A stretch of DNA of 64,000 nucleotides from an uncultured Schleiferiaceae bacterium (GCA_965661265.1 CBFIDE010000010.1:6357-70356), one strand, 5' to 3'. Shown: positions 38,239 to 49,911, counted from the stretch's first letter. Program-made: numbers and translations. The notes: generated from the letters alone by a model not told the origin.

Positions 38239-38703
38239 ATGATAGATAGAGATTTAGTGCACAAATTGGCAGATGAAGCAATTGCTGCTAAAGGTGCATT
38301 CTTAGTGGAGTTAAAGATTAGTGAGTCTGATCAAATCATGCTTTTTGTTGACCATTTTGATGGCATCAAATTAGAAGACTTAACTAGAATAAGCAGGTAT
38401 ATTCAAAAGCCTCTTGATGAGGATGAATTAGAATATACTATTGAAGTTTCGTCTCCAGGAATGGGGCAAGCTTTTAAAGTAGAGAAACAATACGAGAAAA
38501 GCATAGGTAGATCTGTAGTCGTTACCACATTTGATGGTCAGCAGCAGATTGGAATATTGAAAAATTTAGATGCTGATACTATTAGCCTAAGTTTCACTGA
38601 AAGAGTTCCTAAAGAAAAAGGAAAAGGGAAGGAGACAGTTGAGAGAATAGTTAAGATTGACAGAAAAGAGATAAAAGAAACAAAACTTGAAATAAGATTT
38701 TAA
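38239..38703 (+). CDS. rimP: Ribosome maturation factor RimP
   Basis: Its position ahead of nusA-infB, its size and the EVSSPGM motif support the call. Confidence 0.88.
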   Translation: MIDRDLVHKLADEAIAAKGAFLVELKISESDQIMLFVDHFDGIKLEDLTRISRYIQKPLDEDELEYTIEVSSPGMGQAFKVEKQYEKSIGRSVVVTTFDGQQQIGILKNLDADTISLSFTERVPKEKGKGKETVERIVKIDRKEIKETKLEIRF

Positions 38704-38712
38704 GATAGAATC

Positions 38713-39948
38713 ATGGAGAATAGTTTAATCATAGATAGTTTTTCTGAATTTAAAGAAGAGAAGAACATTGACAGGGTTACTCTAATGGCTATAATTGAAG
38801 AAGCCTTTAGAAATCAGTTAACCAAGAAATATGGTTCTGATGATAATTTTGATATTATCGTAAACCCAGATAAAGGTGACTTAGAGATTTGGAGAAATAG
38901 AATCATTGTGGACAATGGTGCTGTTGAAGATGAGAACTTAGAGATTGAGTTAGATGAAGCTTTGAAAATCGAACCTGATTTTGAGGTAGGCGAAGAGGTT
39001 TCTGAAGAGATTAAATTGATAGATCTTGGTAGAAGATTTGTTTTAAGTTTCCGACAAAACTTAGTTCAGAAAATCCAGGAGCATGATAATGGTATTATCT
39101 ACAAGAAATATAAGGATCTTGAAGGTGAGATAATGACAGGAGAAATTCATCACGTAAGGCCAAGAGCTGTTATTATTTATGATGATGATCAAAATGAGTT
39201 GATTTTACCTAAGGAAAGACAGATAAACGGCGATTTTTACCGCAAAGGCGATACCTTAAGAGCTGTAGTAGATTCTGTTGACTTAAGAGGAACTAAGCCG
39301 GTAATTACTTTATCTAGAACAAGTCCTAAGTTTTTAGAGAAGTTATTTGAGCAAGAGATTCCTGAAGTTTTTGATGGTTTGATTATGGTGAGAAACGTAG
39401 TTAGAGAGCCAGGTGAAAAAGCTAAGGTGGCTGTTGAATCTTTTGATGATAGAATTGATCCTGTAGGAGCTTGTGTTGGTATGAAGGGTTCAAGAATTCA
39501 TAGCATCGTAAGAGAATTAGGAAATGAAAATATTGATGTAATTAATTACACTAATAATACACAGCTTTACATTCAAAGAGCATTGAGTCCTGCTAAGATT
39601 ACTAGCATGAGAGTTGATGATGAGAATGATAGAGTTGAGGTTTTCTTGAAGCCAGATCAAGTTAGTCTTGCGATTGGTAAAAGAGGATTGAATATTAAAT
39701 TAGCAGGTCAATTGACAGGCTATGAAATAGATGTCTACAGGGATATAGATGAAAATGAGGATGTTGAATTAACGGAATTCCGTGATGAAATTGAGCCATG
39801 GATTCTTAAAGAACTGAAGGCTATTGGTTGTGATACTGCCAAGAGTGTTTTAGATCTTTCAGTAGAAGAGTTAGTTTCTAGAACCGATTTGGAAGAAGAG
39901 ACTGTGGAGGAGGTTCGCAATATATTGCGTTCTGAATTTGAAGAGTAA
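38713..39948 (+). CDS. nusA: Transcription termination/antitermination factor NusA
   Basis: Has S1 and KH domains, with DPVGACVGMKGSRI and AIGKRGLNIKLA. Confidence 0.97.
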   Translation: MENSLIIDSFSEFKEEKNIDRVTLMAIIEEAFRNQLTKKYGSDDNFDIIVNPDKGDLEIWRNRIIVDNGAVEDENLEIELDEALKIEPDFEVGEEVSEEIKLIDLGRRFVLSFRQNLVQKIQEHDNGIIYKKYKDLEGEIMTGEIHHVRPRAVIIYDDDQNELILPKERQINGDFYRKGDTLRAVVDSVDLRGTKPVITLSRTSPKFLEKLFEQEIPEVFDGLIMVRNVVREPGEKAKVAVESFDDRIDPVGACVGMKGSRIHSIVRELGNENIDVINYTNNTQLYIQRALSPAKITSMRVDDENDRVEVFLKPDQVSLAIGKRGLNIKLAGQLTGYEIDVYRDIDENEDVELTEFRDEIEPWILKELKAIGCDTAKSVLDLSVEELVSRTDLEEETVEEVRNILRSEFEE

Positions 39949-39994
39949 AAATTGATTGATTAAAGCCCTGAATTAAGGCACGAATTAGTATTAT

Positions 39995-42928
39995 ATGAGC
40001 GCACCTCAAAGATTAAATAAAGTACTTAAAGAACTCAATATCTCTATGCAAAGAGCTGTGGATTATCTACAGTCTAAGGATATAGATGTTGATGCGCGCC
40101 CTAACACCAAGATCGATTCTGAAGTTTACGATATTCTTGTTGAAGAGTTCCAAACGGACATGGACAAGAAGCAAAAATCTGAAATCGTAAGTCAGAAGAA
40201 GAAGGAGGAAAAGGAAAAGCTTAAGGCTGAGCGCGAGGAAAAAGAAGAAAGTACTCCTAAAAAAGAGGAAGAGCTAATAAAAGGTAGTGCTACTACTCTT
40301 TCTGGACCTAAAATGGTTGGAAAGATCGATCTAGACGCACCAAGAAAAACTGCCGTTGAGGAAGAACCTCCTAAAGCTGAAGAAAAGAAAGAGGAGGCAG
40401 CTGAGCTTGCTGAAGCACCGGAGCCTAAGAAAGAAGAGCCTAAGGAAGTGGTTGCTGAAAAGCCAGCTGTAGAAGCAAAGGTTAAAGAAGAAAAAGCTGC
40501 TGAGCCAGAAGAGAAAAAGGTGAAAGCTGAAGCTCCAAAGCCAGAGAAAAAAGCAGTAGAAAAGAAAACTATAGAAAAGAAAGAAGCTCCTGTTCAAGAA
40601 GAGCCTAAGAAAGAAGAGGTAGTTGAAACAGAAGTTAAGAAAACTGAAGAAGCTATACCTGTAAAAGAAGCTGAGGTTAAGGCTGAAGAAACTCCAAAAG
40701 AAGGTGATGCACCAGCGGGAGAAGCTACAAATACACCTGCAGCAGAAGGCGGAACAGACAATAGAATCACAACTAAATTTCAAAAGCTTTCAGGTCCTAA
40801 GTTTACTGGAGAGAAAGTGGATCTTTCTAAATTTGAAAGACCTAAGAAAAAAGTGGCTAGCTCTGTAGATAATAAGGCAGCAGCAAATAGCAAGAGAAAG
40901 AGAAAAAGAATTAGCCCTACTGGAACTACAACACCTTCTTCAGGAGTTGGGAGACCACCTAGAGGTTCAGGTCCATTAAGAAGAGGTCCAGGCGGAAGAA
41001 AGCCAGAGCCAAAAGTGGAACTGACGGATGAGCAAATCCAAAAGCAAATCAAGGAGACTCTTGAAAAATTAACTGGTGGAGGTAAAAAATCTAAAGGTGC
41101 TAAGTTTAGAAGAGAGAAAAGAGCTGAAAGAAAACAACAGGTTGAGCTAGATGAAATCCGCCAACAGGAGGAGAATAAAATTATTAAGGTAACTGAGTTT
41201 GTTACCGTGAGCGAACTCGCTATAATGATGGAAGTTGACGTGAATGCTATTATTTCTGCTTGTATGAGCCTAGGAATGATGGTAACTATGAATCAACGTC
41301 TTGATGCTGAAACTTTAAGCATTGTTGCTGAAGAGTTTGGTTATGAGGTAGAATTTGTAAGTTCTGATGTAACTGAAGCTATTGAAGAAGTAGAAGACGA
41401 TGCGGATGATTTACTTTCTAGAGCCCCTATTGTAACTGTAATGGGTCACGTTGATCACGGTAAAACATCTCTTTTAGATTACGTCAGAAAAGCTAATGTT
41501 ATTGCCGGAGAAAGTGGTGGTATCACACAGCATATTGGTGCTTACAGTGTTCAATTGGATAACGGACAACAAATAACTTTCCTTGATACTCCGGGTCACG
41601 AGGCATTTACTGCTATGCGTGCAAGAGGTGCAAAGGTTACGGATATCGCAATTATTGTAATTGCTGCTGATGATGATGTGATGCCTCAAACTAAAGAGGC
41701 AATCTCTCACGCTCAAGCGGCACAAGTACCTATCATATTTGCAATTAATAAGGTGGATCTACAACACGCTAATCCTGATAAAATCAAGGAGAAGCTGGGT
41801 AGTATGAATCTATTAGTTGAAGATTGGGGTGGTACAGTTCAGTCACAAGATATTTCTGCTAAAACAGGAATGAATGTTCAAGAACTTCTTGAAAAGGTAT
41901 TGCTAGAAGCTGAATTATTAGAATTGAAAGCAAATCCTAAGAGAGATGCTAAAGGTACAATAGTGGAGGCTTCACTAGATAAAGGAAGAGGATACGTTAC
42001 TACAATCTTAGTACAGAATGGTACTCTAAGAGTAGGTGATTATGTATTAGCAGGTCAGTATAGCGGTAAAGTTAGAGCTATGCTAGACGAAAGAGGTCAA
42101 AGAGTTCAAGAAGCAGGTCCGTCAAGACCGGTAAGTATTCTTGGTTTGGATGGCGCACCACAAGCGGGTGACACTTTCATGGTAATGCAAGATGAAAAAG
42201 AAGCTAAGAATATCGCTGCAAAGCGTACACAACTTCAAAGAGAGCAAAGTGCAAGAACGCAGAAAAATCTTACTCTTGAGGAAATTGGTAGAAGACTTGC
42301 GGTGGGTGACTTTAAGGAGCTAAACGTTATTGTTAAAGGTGACGTGGATGGATCTATTGAAGCATTAGCTGATAGTTTACAGAAATTAAGTACTGATGAG
42401 ATACAAGTAAATATCATTCACAAGGCTGTTGGTCAGATTAGTGAATCAGATATTCTTCTTGCTTCTGCTTCAGATGCAATCATTGTTGGATTCCAGGTAA
42501 GACCTTCTGCAAATGCTAGAAGACTTGCTGAGAAAGAAGCAATTGATATTAGACTTTATAGCATTATTTACGATGCCATCAACGAGATTAAAGATGCAAT
42601 GGAAGGTATGCTTTCATCTACCTTTAAGGAGGAGATTGTTTGCAATATTGAGATTAGAGAGACCTTTAAAATCTCTAAAGTGGGTACCATTGCTGGATGT
42701 TTTGTCCTGGACGGAACCGTAAACAGAAACACTATGATTAGAGTGATCAGAGATGGTGTTGTTGTTTATACTGGTGAGCTTGGTTCTCTGAAGAGATTTA
42801 AGGATGATGTGAAGGAAGTGAAGAAAGGATATGAATGTGGACTGAACATCAAGAACTTTAATGATATCAAAGTAGGTGATATTGTAGAAGGTTATGAGCA
42901 AGTAGAAGTGAAGAGAACATTGAGCTAA
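39995..42928 (+). CDS. infB: Translation initiation factor IF-2
   Basis: A G domain ([24 protein letters not shown]) follows a long K/E/P/A-rich low-complexity N-terminal region. Confidence 0.97.
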   Translation: MSAPQRLNKVLKELNISMQRAVDYLQSKDIDVDARPNTKIDSEVYDILVEEFQTDMDKKQKSEIVSQKKKEEKEKLKAEREEKEESTPKKEEELIKGSATTLSGPKMVGKIDLDAPRKTAVEEEPPKAEEKKEEAAELAEAPEPKKEEPKEVVAEKPAVEAKVKEEKAAEPEEKKVKAEAPKPEKKAVEKKTIEKKEAPVQEEPKKEEVVETEVKKTEEAIPVKEAEVKAEETPKEGDAPAGEATNTPAAEGGTDNRITTKFQKLSGPKFTGEKVDLSKFERPKKKVASSVDNKAAANSKRKRKRISPTGTTTPSSGVGRPPRGSGPLRRGPGGRKPEPKVELTDEQIQKQIKETLEKLTGGGKKSKGAKFRREKRAERKQQVELDEIRQQEENKIIKVTEFVTVSELAIMMEVDVNAIISACMSLGMMVTMNQRLDAETLSIVAEEFGYEVEFVSSDVTEAIEEVEDDADDLLSRAPIVTVMGHVDHGKTSLLDYVRKANVIAGESGGITQHIGAYSVQLDNGQQITFLDTPGHEAFTAMRARGAKVTDIAIIVIAADDDVMPQTKEAISHAQAAQVPIIFAINKVDLQHANPDKIKEKLGSMNLLVEDWGGTVQSQDISAKTGMNVQELLEKVLLEAELLELKANPKRDAKGTIVEASLDKGRGYVTTILVQNGTLRVGDYVLAGQYSGKVRAMLDERGQRVQEAGPSRPVSILGLDGAPQAGDTFMVMQDEKEAKNIAAKRTQLQREQSARTQKNLTLEEIGRRLAVGDFKELNVIVKGDVDGSIEALADSLQKLSTDEIQVNIIHKAVGQISESDILLASASDAIIVGFQVRPSANARRLAEKEAIDIRLYSIIYDAINEIKDAMEGMLSSTFKEEIVCNIEIRETFKISKVGTIAGCFVLDGTVNRNTMIRVIRDGVVVYTGELGSLKRFKDDVKEVKKGYECGLNIKNFNDIKVGDIVEGYEQVEVKRTLS

Positions 42929-42947
42929 TATTCTCTTAGTTTGTAGA

Positions 42948-42980
42948 ATAAAAAAAGCCTCGATATTTTCGAGGCTTTTT
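42948..42980. terminator. Bidirectional terminator, copy B of the repeated hairpin
   Basis: A9-gcctcga-tattt-tcgaggc-T5 lies between the convergent infB and SPOR gene. Confidence 0.8.
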
Positions 42981-42989
42981 AATTTAGAT

Positions 42990-43439
42990 TTATTCTGTTT
43001 TGGATTCTATAGGCTTTATTTCTAGTTCTGGCCAGTCAATTTCAGTGCCAACAATAAAACTGCCTGGAAAGTATTCCCGAATTATTCTAAGGGCCTTTTC
43101 CGCCTCCAATCTAGTTCTATAATTCCCTGCCTGAATTCTGTATTCGGGAGCTTCATAGATGTTGTAAACGCCTACTTCAGGGTACTGAATTCTAAATGCA
43201 GACTTCTGTTCTAAGCAATCCTTTTTACTTCCATTGTACACTTGAACTCTAAATCCTTTTATTTTTTTGTGCTCTTTGCTTTGCGCGATATAATTTTCAT
43301 CCAAAAGCTGAATCTCCTTAGAAATATTAATCAGAACCATTCCAGTATCTTGGATGGGCTTTAGGGTATCTAAATCATTCTGAGCTAGCATACTAAGGCT
43401 AGAGATACAAAGAAAAGTGCAAATACGTTTCAAGTACAT
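42990..43439 (-). CDS. SPOR domain-containing protein
   Basis: A signal peptide plus GFRVQVYNG...YRIQAGNYRTRLEAEKAL, a SPOR pattern. Confidence 0.75.
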   Translation of the reverse strand: MYLKRICTFLCISSLSMLAQNDLDTLKPIQDTGMVLINISKEIQLLDENYIAQSKEHKKIKGFRVQVYNGSKKDCLEQKSAFRIQYPEVGVYNIYEAPEYRIQAGNYRTRLEAEKALRIIREYFPGSFIVGTEIDWPELEIKPIESKTE

Positions 43440-43462
43440 TTGAAGTTAGTTTTAGTTAAATA

Positions 43463-43470
43463 CAAAGTTA
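43463..43470 (-). promoter_or_regulatory. Candidate -7 box for SPOR gene 42990..43439
   Basis: The minus strand reads TAACTTTG, 23 nt upstream of ATG 43439. Confidence 0.4.
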
Positions 43471-43571
43471 AGTTTATTCCTAACGTCTTAACTAATAGTA
43501 GGATATTATTTAGAAAGAATATAAATTAGCAAGCAAAGCTATCTAGGGCTCGGGTCTGGAAGTTTATATGT

Positions 43572-43579
43572 TAAATTTG
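43572..43579 (+). promoter_or_regulatory. Candidate -7 box for the act operon
   Basis: TAAATTTG lies 29 nt upstream of ATG 43609. Confidence 0.45.
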
Positions 43580-43608
43580 CGCGTTGATATTCGACTGGCG
43601 ATATTTAT

Positions 43609-44865
43609 ATGCAACTGACAATGATACACCGTTTAAAACGAATTTTTAGTAGCTCACTCGTAGCTATTGCGTTGATTTTCAACTCGCTTACGGCTCAGGC
43701 CCAAGAGATTAGTGGAGACGCTGCAAATGGTAAAAAGCTCTACAATGCAAATTGTGCTTCTTGCCACAAACTAGACAAGAAATTAGTGGGACCTGCTCTT
43801 GGCGACGTAACTCAAAGGAGAACTTTAGAGTGGTTACAAAGCTGGATCAAGGATAATCAGGCTCTTCGTGCAAGCGGAGATAAAGATGCTATCGCGATCT
43901 TTGAAGAGTATAATGGTTCTGTAATGACAGCATTTCCTCAGTTGTCTGAGCAGGATATCAACGACATCCTTTCTTATACAATAGAAGGTTCTAAGCCTAA
44001 GGAGACTGTAACTGGAGGGCCTGTTGGATCAGAAGCTCCTGTAGAGGTTGAGTCTGATAATACACTTTCATTAGTGATGCTTGGCGCGATTTTATTAGTG
44101 CTTGTTCTTGTACTAGTGAAAGTGAAGAATGTTCTTAAAATTGTTCAGAAAGAAGAGACAACAAGTTTGTTAGAAGATGCAAGTTCATTTACGAGAGCAG
44201 CTGTTAAGAATTCTAAAGTGATTACCATCTTTACAATTTTGATTGCAATCTTCTTCTTCCAGCAATTCTATGTAGCTGTTTCAGCAGTAGGTGTGTCTCA
44301 AAACTATCAGCCAGAGCAGCCTATTAAATTCTCTCATAAGATTCACGCAGGAGAAAATCAGATTGATTGTAATTACTGTCACTCAGGTGCAAGAAAAAGT
44401 AAGCATTCAAACATTCCTTCTGCTAGTGTCTGTATGAATTGCCATGCTTACATTCAAGAAGGTCCAACTACGGGAACAGAAGAAATCGGAAAAATATATG
44501 CAGCTATAGGATTTGATCCTGAGACTTCAAGTTACATTGAGGGATATGAAGAAAAGCCGATTAAGTGGGTAAGAATTCACAACTTACCAGACTTAGCGTA
44601 TTTCAATCACTCACAGCACGTAGTAGCTGGAGAGGTAGAGTGTCAGACATGTCATGGTCCTATTGAGGAGATGGAGGAAGTTTATCAATATTCTTCATTA
44701 ACAATGGGATGGTGTATTAACTGTCACAGAGAAACTAAAGTGCAAGTAGAATCAAATGATTACTATACAGAAATGCACGAGAAGTTAAAAGAAAAGTATG
44801 GTGAAGACGCTGAGATTACTGTAGAGATGATTGGTGGTCTTGAATGTGGTAAGTGTCACTATTAA
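43609..44865 (+). CDS. actA: Alternative complex III subunit ActA, multihaem cytochrome c with fused N-terminal monohaem domain
   Basis: Six CxxCH motifs are present: CASCH, CNYCH, CMNCH, CQTCH, CINCH, CGKCH. The first is separated from the last five by two TM helices. Confidence 0.85.
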   Translation: MQLTMIHRLKRIFSSSLVAIALIFNSLTAQAQEISGDAANGKKLYNANCASCHKLDKKLVGPALGDVTQRRTLEWLQSWIKDNQALRASGDKDAIAIFEEYNGSVMTAFPQLSEQDINDILSYTIEGSKPKETVTGGPVGSEAPVEVESDNTLSLVMLGAILLVLVLVLVKVKNVLKIVQKEETTSLLEDASSFTRAAVKNSKVITIFTILIAIFFFQQFYVAVSAVGVSQNYQPEQPIKFSHKIHAGENQIDCNYCHSGARKSKHSNIPSASVCMNCHAYIQEGPTTGTEEIGKIYAAIGFDPETSSYIEGYEEKPIKWVRIHNLPDLAYFNHSQHVVAGEVECQTCHGPIEEMEEVYQYSSLTMGWCINCHRETKVQVESNDYYTEMHEKLKEKYGEDAEITVEMIGGLECGKCHY

Positions 44866-44889
44866 TAAAGCAAAACTCTTCCTTATATA

Positions 44890-47800
44890 ATGGCAGAATC
44901 TAAAAAATACTATAAAGGCATCGAGGAGCTGAGCAATGGATCTCTAACAGAGAACCTTGCTGCAAACGAATTTGCTTCAGACTTATCTACGGATGAGTTC
45001 TTAGGCGATAAAGAGCAATTAGAATCCTCTAGTACTAGTAGACGTGACTTTTTAAAGTATGTTGGTTTTTCTACAGCAGCAGCTACGCTTGCGGCTTGTG
45101 AGGCGCCAATCATAGAGTCAATCCCATATGTAGTGGCTCCAGAGGAGTTGGTACCAGGAGTTCCTGATTATTATGCGACTTCATATTATGATGGTCATGA
45201 CTTTGCGTCTGTTCTAATCAAAACAAGAGAAGGTAGACCAATTAAGGTTGAGAATAATGACTTAGCGGCTATCAACGGTAGTGCAAACGCTAGAGTTCAT
45301 GCTTCTGTCTTAAACCTTTACGATGCTACTCGTCTTCAAGCTCCAATGATTGCTGGCGAGAAAGCAAGCTGGGGTGATTTTGATAAGTCAGTTGTTGCTG
45401 ATTTAGAGAAGGCCGTTGCAGCAGGAAAAGAAGTTGCGGTTCTTACTTCTACAGTATTAAGTCCAACTACAAAGAAATTATTAGCAGATTTTGCTGCTAA
45501 ATACAGCACATTTAAGCATTATCAATACGATGCGTTTTCTTACGGAAACAAATTAGATGCTATTGCTAAGATCACAGGAAAAAGAGCGTTCCCAACTTAT
45601 AAATTTGAAAAGGCCAGTGTAATTGCAAGTTTTGGAGCTGATTTCTTAGGAGATTGGACAGGTCAAAGTGTAAGTGGAGATTACGCTAAGCGTAGAATTC
45701 CAGGAAAGGATATGTCAAGACATTTACAGTTTGAGGCTAATATGAGTCTTACTGGTGCAAATGCTGACCAAAGATATAAGATGAGCTCTACAGAGGTTAA
45801 GAAATCTCTTTTAGCACTCTATAATGAAATCGCGAAAGCGAAAGGAGCAACAGCATACGCTAATGTGAGCGTTGAGAATATGGCTGCTGTAAAATCTGCC
45901 GCTAAGGAATTAGTTGGAGCAGGTAAGAACGCTTTAGTAGTAAGTGGATTTAACGACGCAAATGTTGAGACAATCACTTATGCAATCAATGAATTATTAG
46001 GAAACGCTGATTCAACAATTGATTGGACACGCCGCACTTACTTCCGTCAAGGAAGTGATAAAGACATGACAGCACTTTTAGCTGATATGAATGCTTCAAA
46101 GGTGGGTGCTTTAATTATCAATGGAGTTAATCCAGCATATCGCTTAGAAGGAACAGCTAAATGGTCTGAGGCCGTGGCAAAAGTAAATTCTACTATCTAC
46201 ATTGGATATAAGAATGATGAAACTGCAATGACTTCAAAGTACGTTGGTGCTGCACATCATAACCTAGAGTCTTGGGGAGATGCAATGCCAATGGACGGAG
46301 CATATGCCTTAACTCAACCAACTATTAGACCTTTATTTGACACACGTCAATTTGAGGATTGCCTTTTAGCTTGGTGTGGAAATACAAATACTTACCATCA
46401 ATATCTTTCTGAAAGCTGGAATAGCAGTATTCTTTCTGGTGGCGCATGGACAAAAGCTCTACATGACGGAGTATATATGTCTACTTCTGCACCGATGGAG
46501 ATGATGGAAGAAAGTTCAGAAGTAGAGGAAGTAGCTGTAGATTATAGTTCAGCGGCCAATGGCCTTGCAAAATTAAGTAGCAAAGGAATAGAGCTTAACT
46601 TCTACCAGAAAACTGCAATGGGAGTTGGAAATGTTGCCAATAACCCTTGGTTATTAGAATTACCTGACCCAATTACAAGAGTAACTTGGGATAATTATAT
46701 TACTGTTGCTGCTGCTGATGCTGTTGAAATGGGATTGATGAATAAGAATCAATCTAATGGAGCTTTGAACGGAAGTAAAGTAAGAATAAACTTGAATGGA
46801 ATGACACTGGAGAATGTTCCAGTATTGATTCAACCAGGTCAGGCTATCGGAACAATCGGATTAGCTGTTGGATACGGACGTCAGGGAGCAGGTAAAGCTG
46901 CAGATGGTGTTGGTGTTAACGCTTTCGCGATGATGAACGGTTCTGATGTTGCTACAAACGCTAGTCTAGAGTTAATGGAAGGGGAGCATGAATTTGCTTG
47001 TACTCAGTTAGCACATACTATGATGGGCCGTAAGATTGTGAATGAGACTAACTTAAGCTCATTTTTAAATGAAGATCCAACTAGCTGGAATGAAAAGCCA
47101 GTATTTGAAACTCATCAAGGAGCTTTTGGTTCTGACAAGGTGAACCTTTGGGATGATTTTGATCATGAAACAGGGCACTTCTGGAATATGTCTATTGACC
47201 TAAATACTTGTACAGGTTGTGGAGCATGTGTAATTGCATGTCACGCAGAAAATAATGTACCGGTTGTAGGTAAAGAAGAAGTCAGAAAGAGTAGAGATAT
47301 GCACTGGTTGCGTATTGATAGATACTTCAGTAGTGATATGACTGATGAAGTTGCTGATAAAGAAGGCGTAAACAGTATAGATAAGTTTGCGGAGATGGAA
47401 AAAGCTTCTGCAAGCCCAGATGTATTCTTCCAGCCTGTAATGTGTCAGCATTGTAATCATGCACCTTGTGAAACAGTTTGTCCTGTTGCAGCAACTACGC
47501 ATTCTGCTGAAGGATTAAACCACATGACTTATAACAGATGTATCGGTACTCGTTACTGTGCAAACAACTGTCCCTATAAAGTACGTAGATTTAACTGGTT
47601 CGAATATCACAATAACGATAAGTTCAATGTGAATTATTCAATGAATGATGATTTAGGACGTATGGTTCTTAATCCTGATGTGACTGTAAGGTCTAGAGGG
47701 GTTATGGAGAAATGCTCTATGTGTATTCAAAGAACTCAGTACGGTAAACTTGAGGCTAAGAAGTCTGGTAGAGCATTGAAAGATGGCGATATCAAGACTG

Positions 47801-47967
47801 CTTGTCAAAGTGCTTGTGATACCGGAGCTATTGCTTTCGGAGATGTTAATGATAAAGACAGTAAAGTCTTTGCCATGAAGCAGGACAAGAGAATGTACCA
47901 TTTATTAGAAGAAGTAGGAACTCAGCCATCTGTTTTCTACCAGACAAAAGTTAGAAACAGAGCTTAA
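44890..47967 (+). CDS. actB: Alternative complex III subunit ActB (molybdopterin-oxidoreductase-like plus 4Fe-4S ferredoxin domains)
   Basis: Has the Tat signal SRRDFLKYVG and Fe-S clusters CTGCGACVIAC, CQHCNHAPC and CIGTRYCANNCP. The product is 1025 aa. Confidence 0.9.
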   Translation: MAESKKYYKGIEELSNGSLTENLAANEFASDLSTDEFLGDKEQLESSSTSRRDFLKYVGFSTAAATLAACEAPIIESIPYVVAPEELVPGVPDYYATSYYDGHDFASVLIKTREGRPIKVENNDLAAINGSANARVHASVLNLYDATRLQAPMIAGEKASWGDFDKSVVADLEKAVAAGKEVAVLTSTVLSPTTKKLLADFAAKYSTFKHYQYDAFSYGNKLDAIAKITGKRAFPTYKFEKASVIASFGADFLGDWTGQSVSGDYAKRRIPGKDMSRHLQFEANMSLTGANADQRYKMSSTEVKKSLLALYNEIAKAKGATAYANVSVENMAAVKSAAKELVGAGKNALVVSGFNDANVETITYAINELLGNADSTIDWTRRTYFRQGSDKDMTALLADMNASKVGALIINGVNPAYRLEGTAKWSEAVAKVNSTIYIGYKNDETAMTSKYVGAAHHNLESWGDAMPMDGAYALTQPTIRPLFDTRQFEDCLLAWCGNTNTYHQYLSESWNSSILSGGAWTKALHDGVYMSTSAPMEMMEESSEVEEVAVDYSSAANGLAKLSSKGIELNFYQKTAMGVGNVANNPWLLELPDPITRVTWDNYITVAAADAVEMGLMNKNQSNGALNGSKVRINLNGMTLENVPVLIQPGQAIGTIGLAVGYGRQGAGKAADGVGVNAFAMMNGSDVATNASLELMEGEHEFACTQLAHTMMGRKIVNETNLSSFLNEDPTSWNEKPVFETHQGAFGSDKVNLWDDFDHETGHFWNMSIDLNTCTGCGACVIACHAENNVPVVGKEEVRKSRDMHWLRIDRYFSSDMTDEVADKEGVNSIDKFAEMEKASASPDVFFQPVMCQHCNHAPCETVCPVAATTHSAEGLNHMTYNRCIGTRYCANNCPYKVRRFNWFEYHNNDKFNVNYSMNDDLGRMVLNPDVTVRSRGVMEKCSMCIQRTQYGKLEAKKSGRALKDGDIKTACQSACDTGAIAFGDVNDKDSKVFAMKQDKRMYHLLEEVGTQPSVFYQTKVRNRA

Positions 47968-47988
47968 ACCAAATAAAGAAATTAAGGA

Positions 47989-49374
47989 ATGCATTACGAA
48001 GCTCCCATAAGAGAACCCTTAATTATCGGCGATAAAAGCTATCACGACATTACTGTTGATGTAGCTAGACCGATTGAAACCATTGCCCCAAAAACTTGGT
48101 GGCTGGTATTTAGTTTATCCCTTATTGCCTTTTTATGGGGCATAGGATGTATACTTTACACTATTGGTGTAGGTATAGGTACCTGGGGATTAAATAAAAC
48201 CGTAGGCTGGGCCTGGGATATTACCAACTTTGTATGGTGGGTAGGTATTGGTCACGCAGGAACATTGATTTCAGCGGTATTATTACTTTTCCGTCAGAAA
48301 TGGAGAATGTCTATTAACCGTTCTGCAGAGGCAATGACTATTTTCTCTGTAATTCAAGCGGCACTTTTCCCTGGAATCCATATGGGACGTATCTGGTTAG
48401 CGTATTTTGTATTCCCAATTCCAAATCAATATGGATCTCTTTGGGTAAACTTTAACTCTCCTCTTCTTTGGGATGTATTTGCGATCTCAACATACTTTAC
48501 TGTATCAGTTGTATTTTGGTATGTAGGTTTGATTCCTGATTTCGCAATGATTAGAGATAGAGCAGTAAAGCCAGTACAAAAGCATATCTATAAGATCCTA
48601 AGTTTTGGATGGGGTGGAAAGGCAAAGCATTGGCAAAGGTTTGAAGAAGTATCTCTGGTTTTAGCGGGTTTAGCTACTCCATTAGTACTTTCTGTGCATA
48701 CTATTGTATCTATGGACTTTGCAACATCAGTAATACCAGGATGGCATACAACGATATTCCCTCCCTACTTTGTGGCTGGTGCGATTTTCTCTGGTTTTGC
48801 AATGGTACAGACACTTCTTATTATTGTAAGAAAGATGTTTAAGATGGAAGACTATATCACCATCCAACATATTGAGATGATGAATATTGTAATTATGCTT
48901 ACAGGTTCTATTGTAGGTGTAGCTTATATCACTGAATTATTTATTGCTTGGTATTCTGGTGTGGAGTATGAACAGTATGCCTTCCTAAATAGAGCAACAG
49001 GACCTTATTGGTGGGCGTATTGGAGTATGATGACATGTAATGTGTTCTCTCCGCAGTTCATGTGGTTCAAGAAATTAAGAACAAGTATTGTATTTACATT
49101 CTTAATCTCTATTGTTGTGAATATAGGTATGTGGTTTGAGCGTTTCGTGATTATCGTTACTTCTCTACACAGAGACTACCTGCCATCTTCTTGGACAATG
49201 TTCTCACCAACATTTGTAGATATCGGTATTTTCATTGGAACCATTGGATTCTTCTTTGTACTATTTCTTCTATACGCAAGAACTTTCCCGGTAATCGCGC
49301 AAGCGGAATTAAAAACTATTTTGAAGTCTTCTGGAGAGAATTATAAAAAATTACACGAGAAAGATGGCCACTAA
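47989..49374 (+). CDS. actC: Alternative complex III subunit ActC (NrfD/PsrC-like quinol-interacting membrane subunit)
   Basis: A polytopic protein in the NrfD-family pattern, located after actB. Confidence 0.88.
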   Translation: MHYEAPIREPLIIGDKSYHDITVDVARPIETIAPKTWWLVFSLSLIAFLWGIGCILYTIGVGIGTWGLNKTVGWAWDITNFVWWVGIGHAGTLISAVLLLFRQKWRMSINRSAEAMTIFSVIQAALFPGIHMGRIWLAYFVFPIPNQYGSLWVNFNSPLLWDVFAISTYFTVSVVFWYVGLIPDFAMIRDRAVKPVQKHIYKILSFGWGGKAKHWQRFEEVSLVLAGLATPLVLSVHTIVSMDFATSVIPGWHTTIFPPYFVAGAIFSGFAMVQTLLIIVRKMFKMEDYITIQHIEMMNIVIMLTGSIVGVAYITELFIAWYSGVEYEQYAFLNRATGPYWWAYWSMMTCNVFSPQFMWFKKLRTSIVFTFLISIVVNIGMWFERFVIIVTSLHRDYLPSSWTMFSPTFVDIGIFIGTIGFFFVLFLLYARTFPVIAQAELKTILKSSGENYKKLHEKDGH

Positions 49375-49894
49375 AACAAACACAATCATCAATGCCCTTT
49401 TTGACGATGATGACATCTTGTTAAAAAGCGTAAAAGACGTGAGAGAAAAAGGCTACGACATCCAAGAGGTGTATAGTCCTTTCCCTATTCACGGATTAGA
49501 TCACGCAATGGGTCTAAAAAGAACAAGAATAGCAATTGCTGCTTTCATGTATGGTCTTCTAGGTCTTACTACAATGATCACCATAACTTATTATATGATG
49601 GTGGTTGATTGGCCAATGAATATAGGTGGAAAGCCAAGCTTTACATGGATAGAGAATATGCCAGCTTTTGTTCCTGTTATGTTTGAATTGACAGTATTCT
49701 TTGCTGCTCACTTAATGGTATGGACTTACTTCTTTAAGAATAAGTTATATCCTGGTGCTGCTGCTCAGAATCCAGACCCGAGAACAACAGACGATAAGTT
49801 TTTAATGGAAGTTCCATTAAAAGGAGATAAAGAAGAGCTAGTAGCTTTGTTGAAAGAGACAGGAGCTATTGAAATTAGTGAAACCAATAATTAA
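49364..49894 (+). CDS. actD: Alternative complex III subunit ActD (DUF3341)
   Basis: Supported by its 176-aa size, its two TM helices and its position in the operon. Confidence 0.8.
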   Translation: MATKTNTIINALFDDDDILLKSVKDVREKGYDIQEVYSPFPIHGLDHAMGLKRTRIAIAAFMYGLLGLTTMITITYYMMVVDWPMNIGGKPSFTWIENMPAFVPVMFELTVFFAAHLMVWTYFFKNKLYPGAAAQNPDPRTTDDKFLMEVPLKGDKEELVALLKETGAIEISETNN

Positions 49895-49911
49895 GCTAAA
49901 TAGAACTATAG

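Noticed and set aside
40150-41060. Purine-rich, repeat-like stretch with long antisense ORFs 40331..40783 and 40780..41052
   Set aside because: This is the K/E/P/A-rich low-complexity N-terminal region of IF-2, which is normal for infB. The GAA/AAG codon bias removes stops on the opposite strand. I saw no exact tandem repeat unit.
41474-42901. Other minus- and plus-strand ORFs inside infB (41474..41725, 42235..42417, 42513..42722, 42614..42901)
   Set aside because: They are embedded in or antisense to the conserved G domain and C-terminal domains of IF-2.
44910-47901. Minus-strand ORFs inside actB (44910..45113, 47200..47502, 47653..47901)
   Set aside because: They are antisense to a conserved Fe-S/molybdopterin-like subunit gene and have no independent support.
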